64,000 nt of DNA, from the NCBI RefSeq assembly GCF_006345805.1, contig NC_042997.1, positions 64,666,001 to 64,730,000 of the forward strand. The letters run 5' to 3'. The notes beneath the pieces were generated by a model, which did not search any database, was not told the origin of the DNA, and saw only the letters and a program-made list of their open reading frames with translations. Below, piece by piece: positions 24,800 through 39,720 of the stretch (positions within the stretch are counted from its first letter, which is position 1; each line of letters begins with the position of its first letter). The translations under genes and the position numbers were made by a program. Origin of the DNA: Octopus sinensis. Lineage: Eukaryota.

Positions 24800-25900
24800 A
24801 ATTAGAGATAAAACCACTATTAGGCAAATCATACAATGAAAATCATAAGCCAATACATAAGATTAATTAATTTATATTATTTTAAATATATATCAAAATT
24901 ATTAAAAAAAGATAATGAATATAACACTACGATCGTTTCATGGCTGTCCAATTCGTAAAAATTCGAGTTACAGTCAATCTTCAGGTGATTGAAATATATA
25001 AAATATAATCAGAAATATTTAAACAATATTTTTAAGATATAAATAATATATATAATATAATAATTTTACTTATAATAAACTCTATTATCAAACTAGAGAC
25101 ATAGAACTTAACAATTATAAATATATCCAAATCGATTATAATGTTAAATATTAATTTTAATTTATAAGGTAGGAAACCCACCCATAATCTAATATCAACA
25201 TTAGTCTATATCTAATTACATAAATATTTAAAATAACTAATATATATAAATTATCAATGAAAATATATAAATGTATATAAATATTATAATTAAGATCTAA
25301 AATAATCTCTATAAATAATTGTATATGCACATATAATAAAAACCTAATAAATTTAATTTTTCATATTTAAAGATGAAATAGCTAATTTCATAATACAAAT
25401 AAACTTAAACGAACTTTCGGAAATCTTATGTAAAATACTTTTAGAAATAATCAATTCGTAGTAATATAGTATCGAATAAATACTATAAATACTATAAGTA
25501 TAATTATCAATGGGAATAATTATTGGATATAAATTTAAAGAAATAACTAAGTTATGCTATTAAATTAGACATGGCCTGGACCAATCTTTAGTCGAAACAT
25601 AATAAGTTTATCAAAGTTTATCTAATTTAATTATAAATTTAAAACTACAATTAATACTATTAAAACATGTATATACAAAAGCCTAACTTAATAACCTCTT
25701 ATGCTTGCTATCAAATAACAAATCTATCGCTAAGAAGTATCTTACGAATAAACTTAAAATTTAATATCTAATAATATAGAAAATTACGATAATTAGATCA
25801 TTACATATTCAACGATATTTACATAAGGAGAATATTATTACTCCAAAGGCTTATGCAATATTAAAATTTACAATTTGAAGATCTTAAATAAATACATACT
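24800..25900. mobile_element. Very AT-rich decayed Penelope-like remnant with hammerhead at 24923-24990 (minus)
   Basis: Minus strand reads AATCAC-CTGAAGA-38-nt imperfect hairpin-GAAACGATCGTA-GTGTT. It starts at a (TA)n tract. The right boundary is approximate. Confidence 0.5.
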
Positions 25901-26109
25901 TATCTTAGCGAGGTTTAACAATGAACTAAAATTTTGAATCAGAAAACGTCTTTTACAGCATGGAATTACGTTATTAGCAAAAAAAAAAGAATAAATTGTT
26001 GAAGAATTCATTACGCGTGAGGAACCTACGTTTTATTAAAGATTGTGAATGGGAAAATTATTTGTTTATCATTGTAAATATGTATATATATATATGTATA
26101 TGTATATAT

Positions 26110-26177
<68 letters not shown>

Positions 26178-28479
26178 TATATATATCATGTGTGTGCGTG
26201 GCTGAGTGTATGTTGTCGGTATTTATTTTGTGTATTGTATTTGAAATATTTGGTGAAGATGACATTCTTGTTAAAGTCAAATAACTTCTTTGGCAAGGTG
26301 TAAAGTATTAATATCTTCGAAAATTATTTATGCATTGGTAAATTTTTCACATTCATGAAGAGGTTTTCTATTAAGGAATTTTTTATAAGCAAATGCAATA
26401 TATTAGTTTGCGATAATCATCATTGTATTCTTCTATATTGTCAGCAATATAATATTTGTCACTCTCTCCTAAACAACCTAATTAGAAATCTTTTACTAAA
26501 ACCTAAGCCTATGAAACTTAATGTACCTTCTATGTCTTAAAGTTTGACATTCGATATAAGAATTTTATGAATATTTTCATGAATATATAGCTGAGAAATT
26601 AGGAACTGTAGATTGGTTTTTGTGGATTTATCAAAATTTTCGATACGGTAAGACAAGATGTAAAATAAAACTACTTTTCTTGATAACATGACAAAGGTCA
26701 TTTCCTTAAATGAGGTGAGGAATTTTCCGAAGATCTTTCGAATACTTCGGAGTCTTTAAGCTTTGTAAGCAAGTCGATATCTTGTCGCCCATGTTGCTTG
26801 CTCTTAATCATTAAATTGGTTTTCATCATGCTTTACGGAATGTTGTGTTAGTTCAATTTCGATCGAGAGAACAGAATTCATTAATTCCTATAGGTTGATT
26901 ATGCAATACTTTTAGATATGTCTGTTAAATGCTCCTAGCTGTTAAAGTCTTTGATCTCACTATTAGCTGAAAGAAAACAGAAATAAATCATCGATTTAAA
27001 CTGATGTCTGAAGAAAGAAGTTTGCAAAATTCAACTTACCAATATTCTTGAACAGTAAACATAAATCGCCTGTCTTTGATATCATATATGTAAGAACTAT
27101 CCATTACCTGGCAAGTAGAATTGAAGCAAATGCTCCATTGAATGCGAAATCATAAATATTTTAACTATATTAAATTATTCTCTTGGTAAATTGCTGCATC
27201 ATGTCTAAACCATGTCTAAAAACATAAATTGATGTATCTTGAACTATACAATTTTACTTTCCAATCTGAATCTGAAATCTAGTCACAAACGTTATTTCCA
27301 CACAGCTTGTGGTGATAAGTAAAAGGAAATGCTATACAATTTTGATCTTTCTAGATTGTTATCATTCGAATATTAACATTTCCGTTTTCTCTTTCAATAT
27401 AACTGAATTACTCATGTAATTTGGGCAAGTGAACAATTCCTACAGTTTATGTGTATGTACAGAATATTGAGAGATACTTTTTAGAAAAATTGATGAATTG
27501 AAATCAAATTTATCTGATTCAAATATCAGAACATCGACCGAAGAAATGGTGCAGGATCCCAAATTACGATGGAAACTATAAAATAAAGCGCAGACGTCAA
27601 TTTAATTGGGGTTGATAAGTTCATTATGTGAAATGCTTCAGAAACAATGATTAAAAACAGAAGTTGAATTTATATAATTGGAAACTCTGCTGAAATGTCA
27701 TGTCAATTTTCTTCAAAATTCAAAATAATTTCATACAAAATATTCTTTTAAACTCAAAATAGTTTCTTTGACAACATTCCTATATTATTACGGTTTTCTG
27801 GAACCAATTTAATATTATGGAAAGCGATTTTTTTTATGTATTACCGAATAAATTGGTAATGGCTTAAAATACAAAAAAATGGTGTATACACCTTAGAATA
27901 GGAAATAGTCTAAAATATTGATAGAAGTATTTAAGTGGCAGTTATGTTATCGACACAATGCGGTTGAAAGTTCAAATCAAACTTCGTATGAGTTGAACTT
28001 AGATCATTCAGTAAGTTATTGCATAATAACATTCTACCGAATATTCGATCGAAAGGAAGTCGCCACTGGTTCATGGGATACTGATTTCAGCATACACTTT
28101 AAAGCCGTCGCTTTTCATATTCGCACAATATATCAACATCATCATAGTCGCTGTCGACAATGTCGTTGCCATCATCAACATCATAATCATCATTCTCATC
28201 ACCATCCTCCTCCTCCTACTCCTCCTCGTCATCATCATCGACATCGCTGTTGTTGTTTGTCGTCATCATTATCATTATCGATTTCATTCGTAATGGACAG
28301 CGCGTGCACATATCAAATCATGTCAGCTTATTAAGCCTAATATAAGTCACGAGTAAGTTCAATGTAAATTCTAGAGTTTTCATTGAAAGAAAAGAAAACA
28401 CATTAACCCGTCCATAAATAAAAGTATTGTCAAAAATCAAACAGTGGCTGCTAGATTATGGTTTGAAGATAACATAATC

Positions 28480-28925
28480 TTCAAACTAGCTGCCATAATT
28501 TTCCACTGCGGCCTCAAGACGGTTCCGGAATTTGGCGCATGTGTTTTCCACTGTTTTTCACTCATGATCTTAAACACCACCTCAACCTTGATGTTGCAGG
28601 CAGAACAGTTGGCATCTTTCTCAACCGTCCCACAGAGAGTGAGAGTAACCTATATGATTACAAACGGGGTGGGGGAGTCCAGAAATTGGGTCTGGTGAAA
28701 TAGTAGAAATTCCTCAACTACCTATGACTGTTTCCGGAAGTATGGCGAGAAACCCAATTCTGCTACCACGCAAATGGGCTTCTAGTATATGACACCTCCA
28801 GCCAGGGTTGACCAGTCTCCAGCAGCTTCATGTAGCCGTCTAAATTGAGACTAATGCCATGTTCCATGATGTTGGGTGGTATGACATCATCCTCACTGAG
28901 AGCATACCCAAAGACCACTAAAGAT
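28480..28925 (-). mobile_element. Tc1/mariner-superfamily (maT-like) transposase C-terminal fragment
   Basis: Minus reading VFGYALSEDDVIPPNIMEHG..LNLDGYMKLLET...PNFW...GTVEKDAN, homologous to the element at 45805-46718. Confidence 0.75.
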
Positions 28926-29160
28926 TTTTTTGGGGGAGGGGGTGTTTGCTTTTCATGATGTCAACGTTACGTCTTACAACATTTACAGTTGTCACAGAGC
29001 ATTGAGCAGCACCCGGCACGAATATAGGCAACTGTTTTCATGTATTCAGATCGCTTGCAACCCTTAGCTTCAGCTAACTTTTCCTTTATGATTTCCGACA
29101 CCGTCGACATTTCACCAATACTTCAAGCTATTCTCAAAAACAGGAGACTTCCAATATCTA

Positions 29161-29389
29161 TTTCTTTACTACCCACAAGGGGCTAAACACAGATGGGCCA
29201 AACAAGGACAGACAAAGGGATTAGGTCGATTACATCGACCCCAATGCGTAACTGGTACTTAATTTATCGACGCCGAAAGTATGAAAGACAAAGTCGACGT
29301 CGGCGGAATTTGAACTCGGAACGTAACGACAGACGAAATACGGCTATGCATTTCGCCCGCGTGCTAACGTCTCTGCCAGCTCGCCACCT
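29161..29389 (-). mobile_element. SINE-B, full length, Tx1-like tail
   Basis: Head-core-tail complete. Tail ...TGTGTTTAGCCCCTTGTGGGTAGTAAAGAAA. Confidence 0.88.
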
Positions 29390-30793
29390 TCAAATATCGT
29401 CACATTAAACTTGAACACGCTGCACATGAGCTCCCCCAGGCCCTACACTCTTCCTAACCTGGTTCAGAAAGAGCCAATGTGAAATTATAGATGTTCTGAT
29501 ACTTACCACTGCCCCAATTAAGCAGTCGTTGAAGGACACAACAGCATACAATCAACCGATCATTAAAACAACTTAAAATTTTAAAACTTAAGTTCGTGTA
29601 AATCGTCTCATTTGTATGCAACATCGTTTATGTTAGAAGACTCCATGTAGTTTATACTAAAGAATATGTTAATATGTCCGTTAAACAATGCTACACGACA
29701 TAAAATTATGACAAGCGAAAAAAAGTACAATCTACAAACAGTAATACACTACGTTGTCGTTTGTTATGACCGGTCAGAAATTTAACATAGGTTTCATACT
29801 ATTTAACATAGGTTTCATACTATTATTGCTCTTAGCAATATACGCGTTAGCACGATGGTGAAAAAATGCTCTGAAACGAAATTGTTCGAAGCCTTATCTA
29901 GGTGAGACGAAGTTATCTCCCTTTGAATAGTTTCAGTTGATTCCAAAATTGGACATTTTATATACGTTTTCCGTTAACTATTCAGTAAGCGGGGAGACCT
30001 GACTCCAACAAAAATTAACTCTCATAAGGGCACCGAATAAACATTTCAGCTTTTTAAAATTTAAGAAGCTTCTCGGGTTAAGCGAATTATTTTGAGAATC
30101 CTTGGCCTTTCGTCCAAGCAAACTTTGCATCATCTATTCCGTTGAGGCTGTTCCAGGAGATTCCATTTAGTACTGCATGACGTTCTCTCTTATGTCTTTT
30201 ATATTTCATTTATTATTTCATTTGTATTTCGTCAAAGAGGTAAAGTTGTGTATCACTAGAATCCTAACAGAAGTTCGTTGTTTTTCATACTCATATCCAA
30301 CATGTTTTCGTGGCTCCAAGATATCTCAGTCTATGTGTCCCAGTGCCTATTTTTAATCCTAACGCTTGTTCTATTGGTGTATACTTCGAATTGCTAAATT
30401 TACGGAATTCACTTACAAGGCTTCGATCGATCTGGAACTGGTATAGAAGATCATTGCCGCAGGTACCATGCAGTGCTAGTGAACCCAGAACCATGTGGAT
30501 AGGAAGTGAACTTGTTACCAGAGTCACAGCTCAGCCCATAAAGCCCTTTATGTGTGTGCGTGCATATGTATGTGTATATGCCTATATATATATATATGTA
30601 TGTATATATATACATACTCAGAAACATTTTTCTAAAGAACAATGCTTTAGAGAACCAAAAGCCGGCGGGCGCTTTTGCATTCTCCCATCCTTATCGTCTT
30701 CGTTTCGTTATCATTCACTTCATTAATGTCTTTGTCCAGCCTGCGAAGCTACACTCTATGAACTGCCTTTATGGCAAATATAATAATGCAATA

Positions 30794-30946
30794 AAGTAGC
30801 TTGCTTAACAACCACATGGTTCCGGATTCATTCCCACTGCACGTGGCACGTTTGGCAAGTGTCTTCTACTATAAGCCTCGGGCCGACCAAAGCCTTGTGA
30901 GTGAATTTAGTAGACGGAAACGGAAAGAAGCTCGTCGTATATATGT

Positions 30947-31033
<87 letters not shown>

Positions 31034-31264
31034 TATGTGAGTGTCTGTTTGTGTGTCTGTGTTTGTTCCCCCCAACATCGCTTGACAACTGATGGTAGTA
31101 TGTTTACGTCCCCGTAACTTAGCGGTTCGGCAAAAGAGGCCGACAGAATAAGTACTAGGATTCCAAAGAGTAAGTCCTAGGTCGATTTGCTCGAATTAAG
31201 GCGGTGCTCCAGCATGGACGCAGTCAAATTACTGAAACAAATAAAAGAGTAAAACAGTAAAAGA
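30794..31264 (+). mobile_element. SINE-A with long internal (TA)n
   Basis: Same modules as 501-900. Confidence 0.85.
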
Positions 31265-31660
31265 ATAGTTATTTCTAATAAATATTTTCACTCTCCTCTG
31301 AATTTAAATTCCGTATAGTTGACGCACCGCATATATCCTCTTTGCGTTTGCCTATATAGACGCACACACAAAAATTAATACACACAACTTTATATGCTTC
31401 GTCGCAAATAAGGGATTTCCACTGTGTACATTCGTCGAAGCGCCAAGAAAATGAGTGAGAAATTCATCCACAAGACATGTGGTACACTTAGGGCTGAATT
31501 CAACTAGCGGCCCTTTCAGTTACTCCATTGTTTCAACGACCCTCTGAATCTTCCTACCTCCCTAGAGGAATGTAGGTTTAAGTGAAGCATGCGTAGTGCC
31601 GCTACTGCATTCTTGGATTGGTTGAATATTTCGAATGCAATAATATTGCATGTAGCAAGT

Positions 31661-31850
31661 TGATTTCAAATTTTGGCACAACGCCAGCAAGTTTAGGGGA
31701 GGGAGTACATCGATTTAATTGGCTAAAGTGCTAAGCTGGTACTTACTTTATCGACCTTGAACGGATGAAAACAAAGTCTTCCACGGCAGGATTTTATTTC
31801 AGAACGTAAAGAGACGCAAAATGCTAATAAGAATTGTGCAAACAATTCTG
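31661..31850 (-). mobile_element. Degenerate SINE-B (tail variant 3)
   Basis: Core ACTTTATCGACCTTGAACGGATGAAA and tail TTGTGCCAAAATTTGAAATCA. Confidence 0.6.
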
Positions 31851-32421
31851 TCAGTACAAGTACTAATATTGAAGAAGGTTTAATACTATTGGGATATATT
31901 AATAGTCAAAATGCTAACCTTAACATTGTCATGTTTGAAAAGTGTTTCATACTTTCATATTTTCAAAAGTGCAAGGGCATGTCATGGAGTTATCACTTAG
32001 GTTAAACAACAGAGAGTGAAAATGATTGAGAGCTAAAATCGTGCTCATAAGCTTGGGGATTTAATTCCTGTAGCGGGTATTAAATTATATGTGCTTCATT
32101 CCTCTTCCGTTAACTAGGTGTCTATATGTGCTTGAAAATACATTAGCAACTAAAGGGATTTGCAAAAGCATAGCACACTTTAACAAATATTAATCATTCG
32201 CGAGTAACTGCTCGTTCTATTTGCCTAATTGATTACACGTAGTAAGAATCCCTGAGGAATAAATCGACCAAATCCGACAAAAATATAAGCATAGCTACAT
32301 ATGTTGAATGTATTTGTCCATGTTACTTTTGAATTCATATACAGACACACGCATGCACACATACGTACCACGCACACATTCACCCGTAGGTACATGCACA
32401 CACAAACAGCCACACGCGTAC

Positions 32422-32467
<46 letters not shown>

Positions 32468-33906
32468 ATGTGTGTGAGTGTACAAGCGTGCGTGTATGTT
32501 TTGTATGAGTGATTTACTCTAAAATCCCAAAATATTTCCAGTAATTTATAATTACTTAAAAGTATTCTGCGAGCCCTTTTAGTGAGTGATAGTTCGTTTA
32601 AGTGAGTTTAGTGCCATGCTGATGATGCCCGTAAAATCGAATTCCGTGTTGAGTCATTTGGATGCTTTTGTTACCTTTATATAAAAACCTTTAGCTGGGT
32701 TTATAGAAAACCGTTTTATTCCATAAACAATTTTGTACCTAATTATAATCGACCGGCTGCCATACGTTAAAAGGCAAGAGGGAATATGAGCATTCGGCTC
32801 AACCGAAGGAGATTGCACGTTAATAAATGTTTGATGTAGAAGAGAAATACAGAACTGTGAGATAGTTTTAAGCATATTATCTTTAGTAAAATGTAATAAT
32901 CTGTAGCTAGAAACATGTGTTAGGTTTGCTATATTTATAAATCCTTTGAAGAATTGAGCCATCTTCCATTAAGATGCATTAAGATGTATTATGTTGACTT
33001 CAAAACACACGAATATTAGTGTTTGTGTGAGCATGCGGGTGTATGTGTGTGTTGGCGTGCGTGTGACAGATTCTGAGTTAGAGTTTTTTTTTGTCTCTTC
33101 TGCGTATACATATAGCCATTTGCATGTGCATGCATATTTAGGATTTCATTCAAAGCTGTTAACATATTTCGTATCAAAGTAAAACTACTTCTTTAACCTT
33201 CGTTTCTCATCTATTTATCAAATACTCTGGGATTTTCATGGTTTAGAGACATACCGGAGATGTATTTTAGAAAATGTGTGCCGGCTAATTCACTCTTTGA
33301 AATAAAAGAAAAATCATTATTGAAATACTATCTAAACGCGCAATAGTAAACGAGGAATTGACTGTTGAAAGTCATGCTCCTAAATATTAGAATATTTTAA
33401 GTAAAAATATTGTTTCATCTCCCTATAAAATATTTTCACATCAATCATAAATAGCGTTTTTTTCTTTTACATACATGGCACTTTTTACTGAGTAATTGGA
33501 TCTCTGTTTAGATCAGAGGCGAATACTGGTGGGGAATATATGCCATTTTTCTGAAGTGTCAATGGGAAACCCTCTATGATGAATAAGAGTATAAGTGCCA
33601 TCATTCAGAAATCTGGCATAACTTCAATTTCTATTCCGACAGGTTGAAGTTTACATATTCCTCTTCGCTATGCCAATTTAGTTATTAGGTAACACTGTAT
33701 CTTCCATTTAAGACTAATGCCAAAAATATCATTATCTATCTTGCTATTCACCTTTATGCTTGTAACTCGCAATATATCAATTCACATATTTACGGTCCAC
33801 CTTACCGAAGAAGATTGGGCGATTACCGAATATTATACATGTATTTTCAATTTGATTTCACTGTTGCATTCATGTTTTCGCCTTGAAAATAGAACTTGCT
33901 GTATAT

Positions 33907-34120
33907 TGATTTCAAAATTTAGCACAAGACCAACAATTTCATATGGGGGGTGAGTAGGTCGATTATATCGACCCCAGTACTCAACTGGTACTTATTTTAT
34001 CGACCCCGAAAGGATGAAAGATAAAGTAAACCTCGACAGGATTTGAACTCAGATCGTAAAGACGGATGAAATACCGTTAAAAATTTTGTTCGGGTACTAA
34101 CGCTTCTGCCATCTCGTTGC
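33907..34120 (-). mobile_element. SINE-B (tail variant 3)
   Basis: GTCGATTATATCGACCCCAG...ATCGACCCCGAAAGGATGAAAG core. Confidence 0.7.
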
Positions 34121-34434
34121 ATTGAACATACTATATATTGGCGAAAGACCGCTGTACATATTTACGTAACTAACATTAGAATCATTTTAGCAAATAGATG
34201 CTTACCTTGATTGGAGCATCTACGTACATTCAAACATACAGACACACATATGAGTGCGTTTGATTATCGGTGTGTTTGTGTGTTTACATGCATATTATAA
34301 GTCATGTTTTATCTGCTATCTATTATGCACCTAAAATTATTGAAGTAGGTAAAATTTTGAGAAATTGGTTATAACATAATTTACCCATACGCACATGCGC
34401 GCACACACGCACACACACAAACATAGACTCACGG

Positions 34435-34740
<306 letters not shown>

Positions 34741-34954
34741 TTAGTAATGTATTAAACCTGCACGAAGACATCAGGCAACAACCTACGGAAGAACTAAAAT
34801 TCCTCTTTCCGTATTCCTCGGGAGTTCTATACAAGAGTAAATTTGCAGAAATTCACCATTGAAGCGGTGGTTATGCATTTTAAATTATAGCAGTACCAAA
34901 TGAAACAACGAAGATGATGGTATTACACATCTTTGCGATTGTTTCAATGGTTAC

Positions 34955-36341
34955 TAGAACTATATCATCAATTTGCACATTTGGTTTATACATATGAAAT
35001 GAATGAAAATGTGTACAATTATCAAAGAAAGTACCATTACGCATCAATCACAACGGACTTTATAATGAACATAATGATATGTTTGAATGGAAACAATACA
35101 AGAAATATGGCATCATAAAGTTCTTAATGATGGAAGTATGATCCTCTACATAAGAGAATGTCCCTGACGCGTTTATCCATTAAATTTGTCAAGGTAACTA
35201 TTTCATCTGGTGTAATACTCTCAGCAGCATCCACAATAGCTTCTCAGATCACATATTTCTTTGAAAACTGCCGTTCATCTTGATATATCTTCATCTTCAA
35301 AAACTCTATAGATTTTCAATTGGATTTATGTCGGTTGAACACGCTGGCCACTTCATCAAACGGTGTCCAGAGAAGCATAATTGTTGTAGGTATTCCAAAG
35401 ATAACGCATTATCTTACATGAATACCAGCGTTCCCTTTAATGAAACTCTCTGCTTCTCAAAACATGGGTTAAAATTGTCCACCAGAATGCCAACATAAGC
35501 ATTAGATGTCATCTTAATTGCGTCTGGAAATTTCCAAGGACCAACCAACTTGTCTCCAATGATGCTAGCCCAAATCATGACTCCGCCTCCTCTTCGTTAG
35601 TGACTTAAACGATGAGGACAATTTCAGCTAATTGCAACCCATCCTTTACTCCACCCATCTGGTCCGTTTAGGGTAGCATGGCATTTCTCAGTAAAGAGGA
35701 CTTTTGAAAAATCTATCTTCGTGCAGTCTTCTGTCTATTTGACTCTATTTTGTTTATGAACAGCTTTTAGAGGTGGGATTGTAACAGGTTGTACGTTCTT
35801 AGCTACCTGCTTCAGGAGGCTACACCTTGTAGATTTCGAAATGTCTTCCCTACCACAACGTTTAAACACTTCTCGACTAGTCAGACACGTGTTCCTCGTA
35901 ACTTCCCTCGTTATAAGTGACAGGGTACACCTGGAAACAACCCTCCATTTAGACATGTCAGCTCTCGAATGGACAGCAGAAGATTCCTCAAATTTCTTCA
36001 TATTTCGATGACCTCTTCTCAGAATCTTTGATATTTCCAATGTTGTTTTCATTTTCCCAATCTCTGGGATGATGCTGGACTTCTCATTTGATGTTAAATC
36101 ACGTTTTTGACCCATAATAACACTTTTATTAGGCACTTGCCAAATAATCAAGAACAGTAAAATAGTTGCTGTTTCATGAAAATGGCTGCCGTTTGTATGC
36201 ATCTGCACGGATCTCATTTACTTTACTATAGTATGTGCAGGCAGATGTTGCCTCACTCAGTGAAGAAATATCTGGATTCGAACGAATAAATACGCTATTA
36301 TTTCGGAAAAGCAATATTGCCTAATAATTTGATCCACAGTG
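34955..36341 (-). mobile_element. Tc1-like transposon relic, transposase pseudogene ~36115-35124
   Basis: MGQKRDLT HTH start, ATLNGPDGW, GGVMIWASI, DNA, WPACSTDINPIENL motifs. One TIR (CACTGTGGATCAAATTATTAGGCAAT) ends at 36341, followed by TA. The other end is uncertain. Confidence 0.85.
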
Positions 36342-37078
36342 TACTTACGCTGAAGTATTGAGAAATCTACAGCTACTCTATCCAGATTACAAGTTCAGGT
36401 TTATACCTGTGATTATTGGGGCACTGATATATGTAACACTGCCTAAATACCAATCTTGAGAAAGTAGGCCTCTTAAAATCAGAATGGCGAAAGCCGATTC
36501 GAAGACTATAGATCCACGCCATTACTAGAACTGTAAAAATCTATGTTTATGCATGTATGTACGAATGAATTTATGTTTGTCTGTCTGTCTATCTGTCCGT
36601 CTGTCTTTCTGTTTGTATGCATGTATGTATGTATGTATACTCTAAGAGATGGAAGGAGACTCGATAGCAGAGTATTAAGTTAAACAACAAATTTTCACTC
36701 TGTCATGAAGATATTTCAATATGTGGATAATGATGATGAAGGATAGGTCAAATTTTTCTCATTTCAACTGATATAAATCAGCTACCACATTGAGTTTGAC
36801 TCGTAAAGTGTTTGGCAAATTTATTGTTTACATTTCTTTTGTTGGCGAGAACAGAATTTAAGAGATAAAAACAGATGTGACAGCTTATTACTACGATCAT
36901 GGAGGTGTTAGTAAACGGCGAAAAACCCAAAAAAAACAAAACATAGAAGGAACTAAAATAAGTAACGTAGCGGAGCTATTGGTTAGAACAGAGGTACAGA
37001 AAACATACGTGAGCTACCACAGTACAGGGGTCACAAATAAGTTAAATTCGGTTATAAATAAACTAAAATTGACGTTAT

Positions 37079-37480
37079 AGGTGCGAGTGTGGCTGTGTGG
37101 TAAGAAGCTTGCATTCCAACCACATGGTTCTGAGTTCCGTTCCACTGCATGGCACCTTGTGCAAGTGGTTTCTAGTGTAGCCACAGGCTGACCAAATGGT
37201 TGGGTGTTGATTTCGTATACAGGAACAGACAGAAAAAATCCCGTCATATGTGCGTGTGTGCCTGTGTCTATCTGTCAATGTCCCCACCACCACCCTTGCT
37301 TGACGACTGACACAGGTGTCTTTATGTCCTCGTAACCTTGGCGACGCCAACGATAGGATAAATACAAAGCTTAAAGAAAAGAAGAAACCAAGTGCTGGGG
37401 TCGATTCATTCGACTAAAAATTCTGCAAGATAATGCTCCAGAATGGCCGCAGTATAATGACTGAATAAAAGATAAAAGAT
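37079..37480 (+). mobile_element. SINE-A, full length, short internal repeat
   Basis: Head TGGCTGTGTGGTAAGAAGCTTGC, CORE-like body, tail ...ATGACTGAATAAAAGATAAAAGAT. Confidence 0.8.
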
Positions 37481-38344
37481 TTGTATAAAATTAAATTAGG
37501 TACATCAGTTGTGAAGTGAATGATTAGTTGGTTGTATGCTGAAAGAAATAAGAAATCTGCACACCTAACTATCGAAATATTTCTTTGGTACCAATAATGT
37601 TTTTAATTCGCGTTTAATCTAAAGTTAATTTAAACATAACCATATATCTGGTATATGCAACTGAGATTATATTGAATTAAAATATCCATCTATGTATCCT
37701 TTTCTACTTTAGGAACAATCATCGATATTTGGTGGGAGAGAAGGACCAGTCGATTAGATCTATCGACCCCAATACACAATATGGTACTTAATTTATCGAC
37801 TCCGAAAGGATGAAAGGTAATGTCGACCTCGGCGGAATTTGAAATATCCATCTATGTAACGTACTCGATGTATCCACCTAGTTGTTTCAACAGTTTGCAC
37901 CAGTGGATGTTTTGAAATGACATCCTTTGTCGAAGCGTTGTTTCAAAACACAATAAACATTAGAGCGAAACGAAAATTCTGCCCAACATTGGCCACCGAG
38001 TACGTCCGGTGCATTTCAGCCTTTGGAGGCAATGTCGATAGCGTTTTGTTTCATCCATAACATCATGTTATTCTTGCACTAGCTATTGAAACAACCGCAA
38101 CCCTACAATAAAGATGCGTAATGATATCGCCTTTATTGCTTTACTTATTATACATGTGTGCTTCCAGAGAGAGAAAGAGAGAGAAAGATGCTTACATAGG
38201 AACACACAGAAACGCGTACACACATACGTGGTTCTTATCCTTGTTACTGAACAAGGAGAGCTCAAAACAATATCAATATATTGATATATATGTATGCATG
38301 TATGTATGTATGTATGTATGTATGTATGTATGTATGTATGTATG

Positions 38345-38419
<75 letters not shown>

Positions 38420-38596
38420 TATATATTAAGAGCATAATACATAGAATCGGAGGAGATTACTGAACTGAATATGGTATTAGGCCTTCGAGCCTGAATACGA
38501 TCAGCTTTAATACTAATGTATTAAAGCTAGCATAGTAACGGTCAGTTCGTTGATCGAAAACAACGGGTTGAAATAGATGTATGTACGTACGTACAA

Positions 38597-38729
38597 AGGC
38601 AGTCAGCTGGCAGAATCGTAAGCATGAGGAACAACATGCTTCGGAACATTTCTCAATGCTCTGTATGCTCTGAGTTCAAATCCCGCTGCAGTAAACTTGT
38701 GTGTCTGTATGTGTGTGTATGTGTGTGTG

Positions 38730-38776
<47 letters not shown>

Positions 38777-38988
38777 TGTTCGTTAAATGTTTGCGAGAGT
38801 GGGTACAACATATATAAATCAGAAGGTTCAAATGCTCTGAGTTCAAATCCCGCTGCAGTAAACTTTGTCTTTCGTCTCTTCGGGGTCGAATAAATAAAAT
38901 AGATTTAATTGCCGGAATCAGCATTATCACCTTTCTCTTTTCACTGAAAATTGCAAACCTTCAACTTGTGTGTCTGTATGTGTCTGTA

Positions 38989-39038
<50 letters not shown>

Positions 39039-39090
39039 TGTTCGTTAAATGTTTGCGAGAGTGGGTACAACATATATAAATCAGAAGGTT
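38597..39090 (+). repeat. Rearranged SINE-B with local A-X-A-B-X duplication
   Basis: 34-bp repeat at 38665-38698 and 38832-38865; ~130-bp repeat at 38694-38828 and 38963-39090. Confidence 0.8.
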
Positions 39091-39720
39091 GATCAAATAA
39101 ATATACGTGTGCATGTTACCATCTAACAGGTTCCATCTACCAAATCCACTCACAAGGCTTTGGTCGGCCCGAGGCTATAGTAGAAGACACTTGCCCAAGG
39201 TGCCACATAGTGGGACTGAACCCGGAACCATGTTGTTGGTAAGTAAGCTACATACCACACAGCCACTCTTGCGCCTAATCTTCCCCAATACTAAATAGGA
39301 AATATACATAGTAGAAATCATACCTCCATACCCACAGTTTACACAGGTGGAGTAGAATAGTTAGTGGGCTCTTATGTGTGTGGGGGGTATATATGTGTAT
39401 ATGCACATGTACGTAAGCATATGAATATGAAAGTAAACAGATCAACATACAGACGGATAGGTACATAGATAATACGAACAGACAAGCACACATACGCAAA
39501 TGAAGACTGAAACACGTAGCCATATATACACATACACTTTACTTCTCAGAAGGACACATATGAAGACACGTGTCCACACATTTGGAGATACACATCCATA
39601 TACTCGAACATAGTACATTGTTGCAAAGCACACACAAACACAGAAATGCACACACAAGGAGACATATACAAAAACACGCTCACACACATACCTAAAAAAT
39701 ACTCAAACACGGCCATATAA

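Noticed and set aside
26967-27110. Minus-strand 68-nt exon (VMDSSYIYDIKDRRFMFTVQEY) and 73-nt intron with strong splice sites
   Set aside because: The downstream exon hits a stop within a few codons in every phase, so a coding gene cannot be supported.
32654-32962. 102-aa non-repetitive ORF
   Set aside because: It has no domain signature, and a few ORFs of this length are expected by chance in 64 kb.
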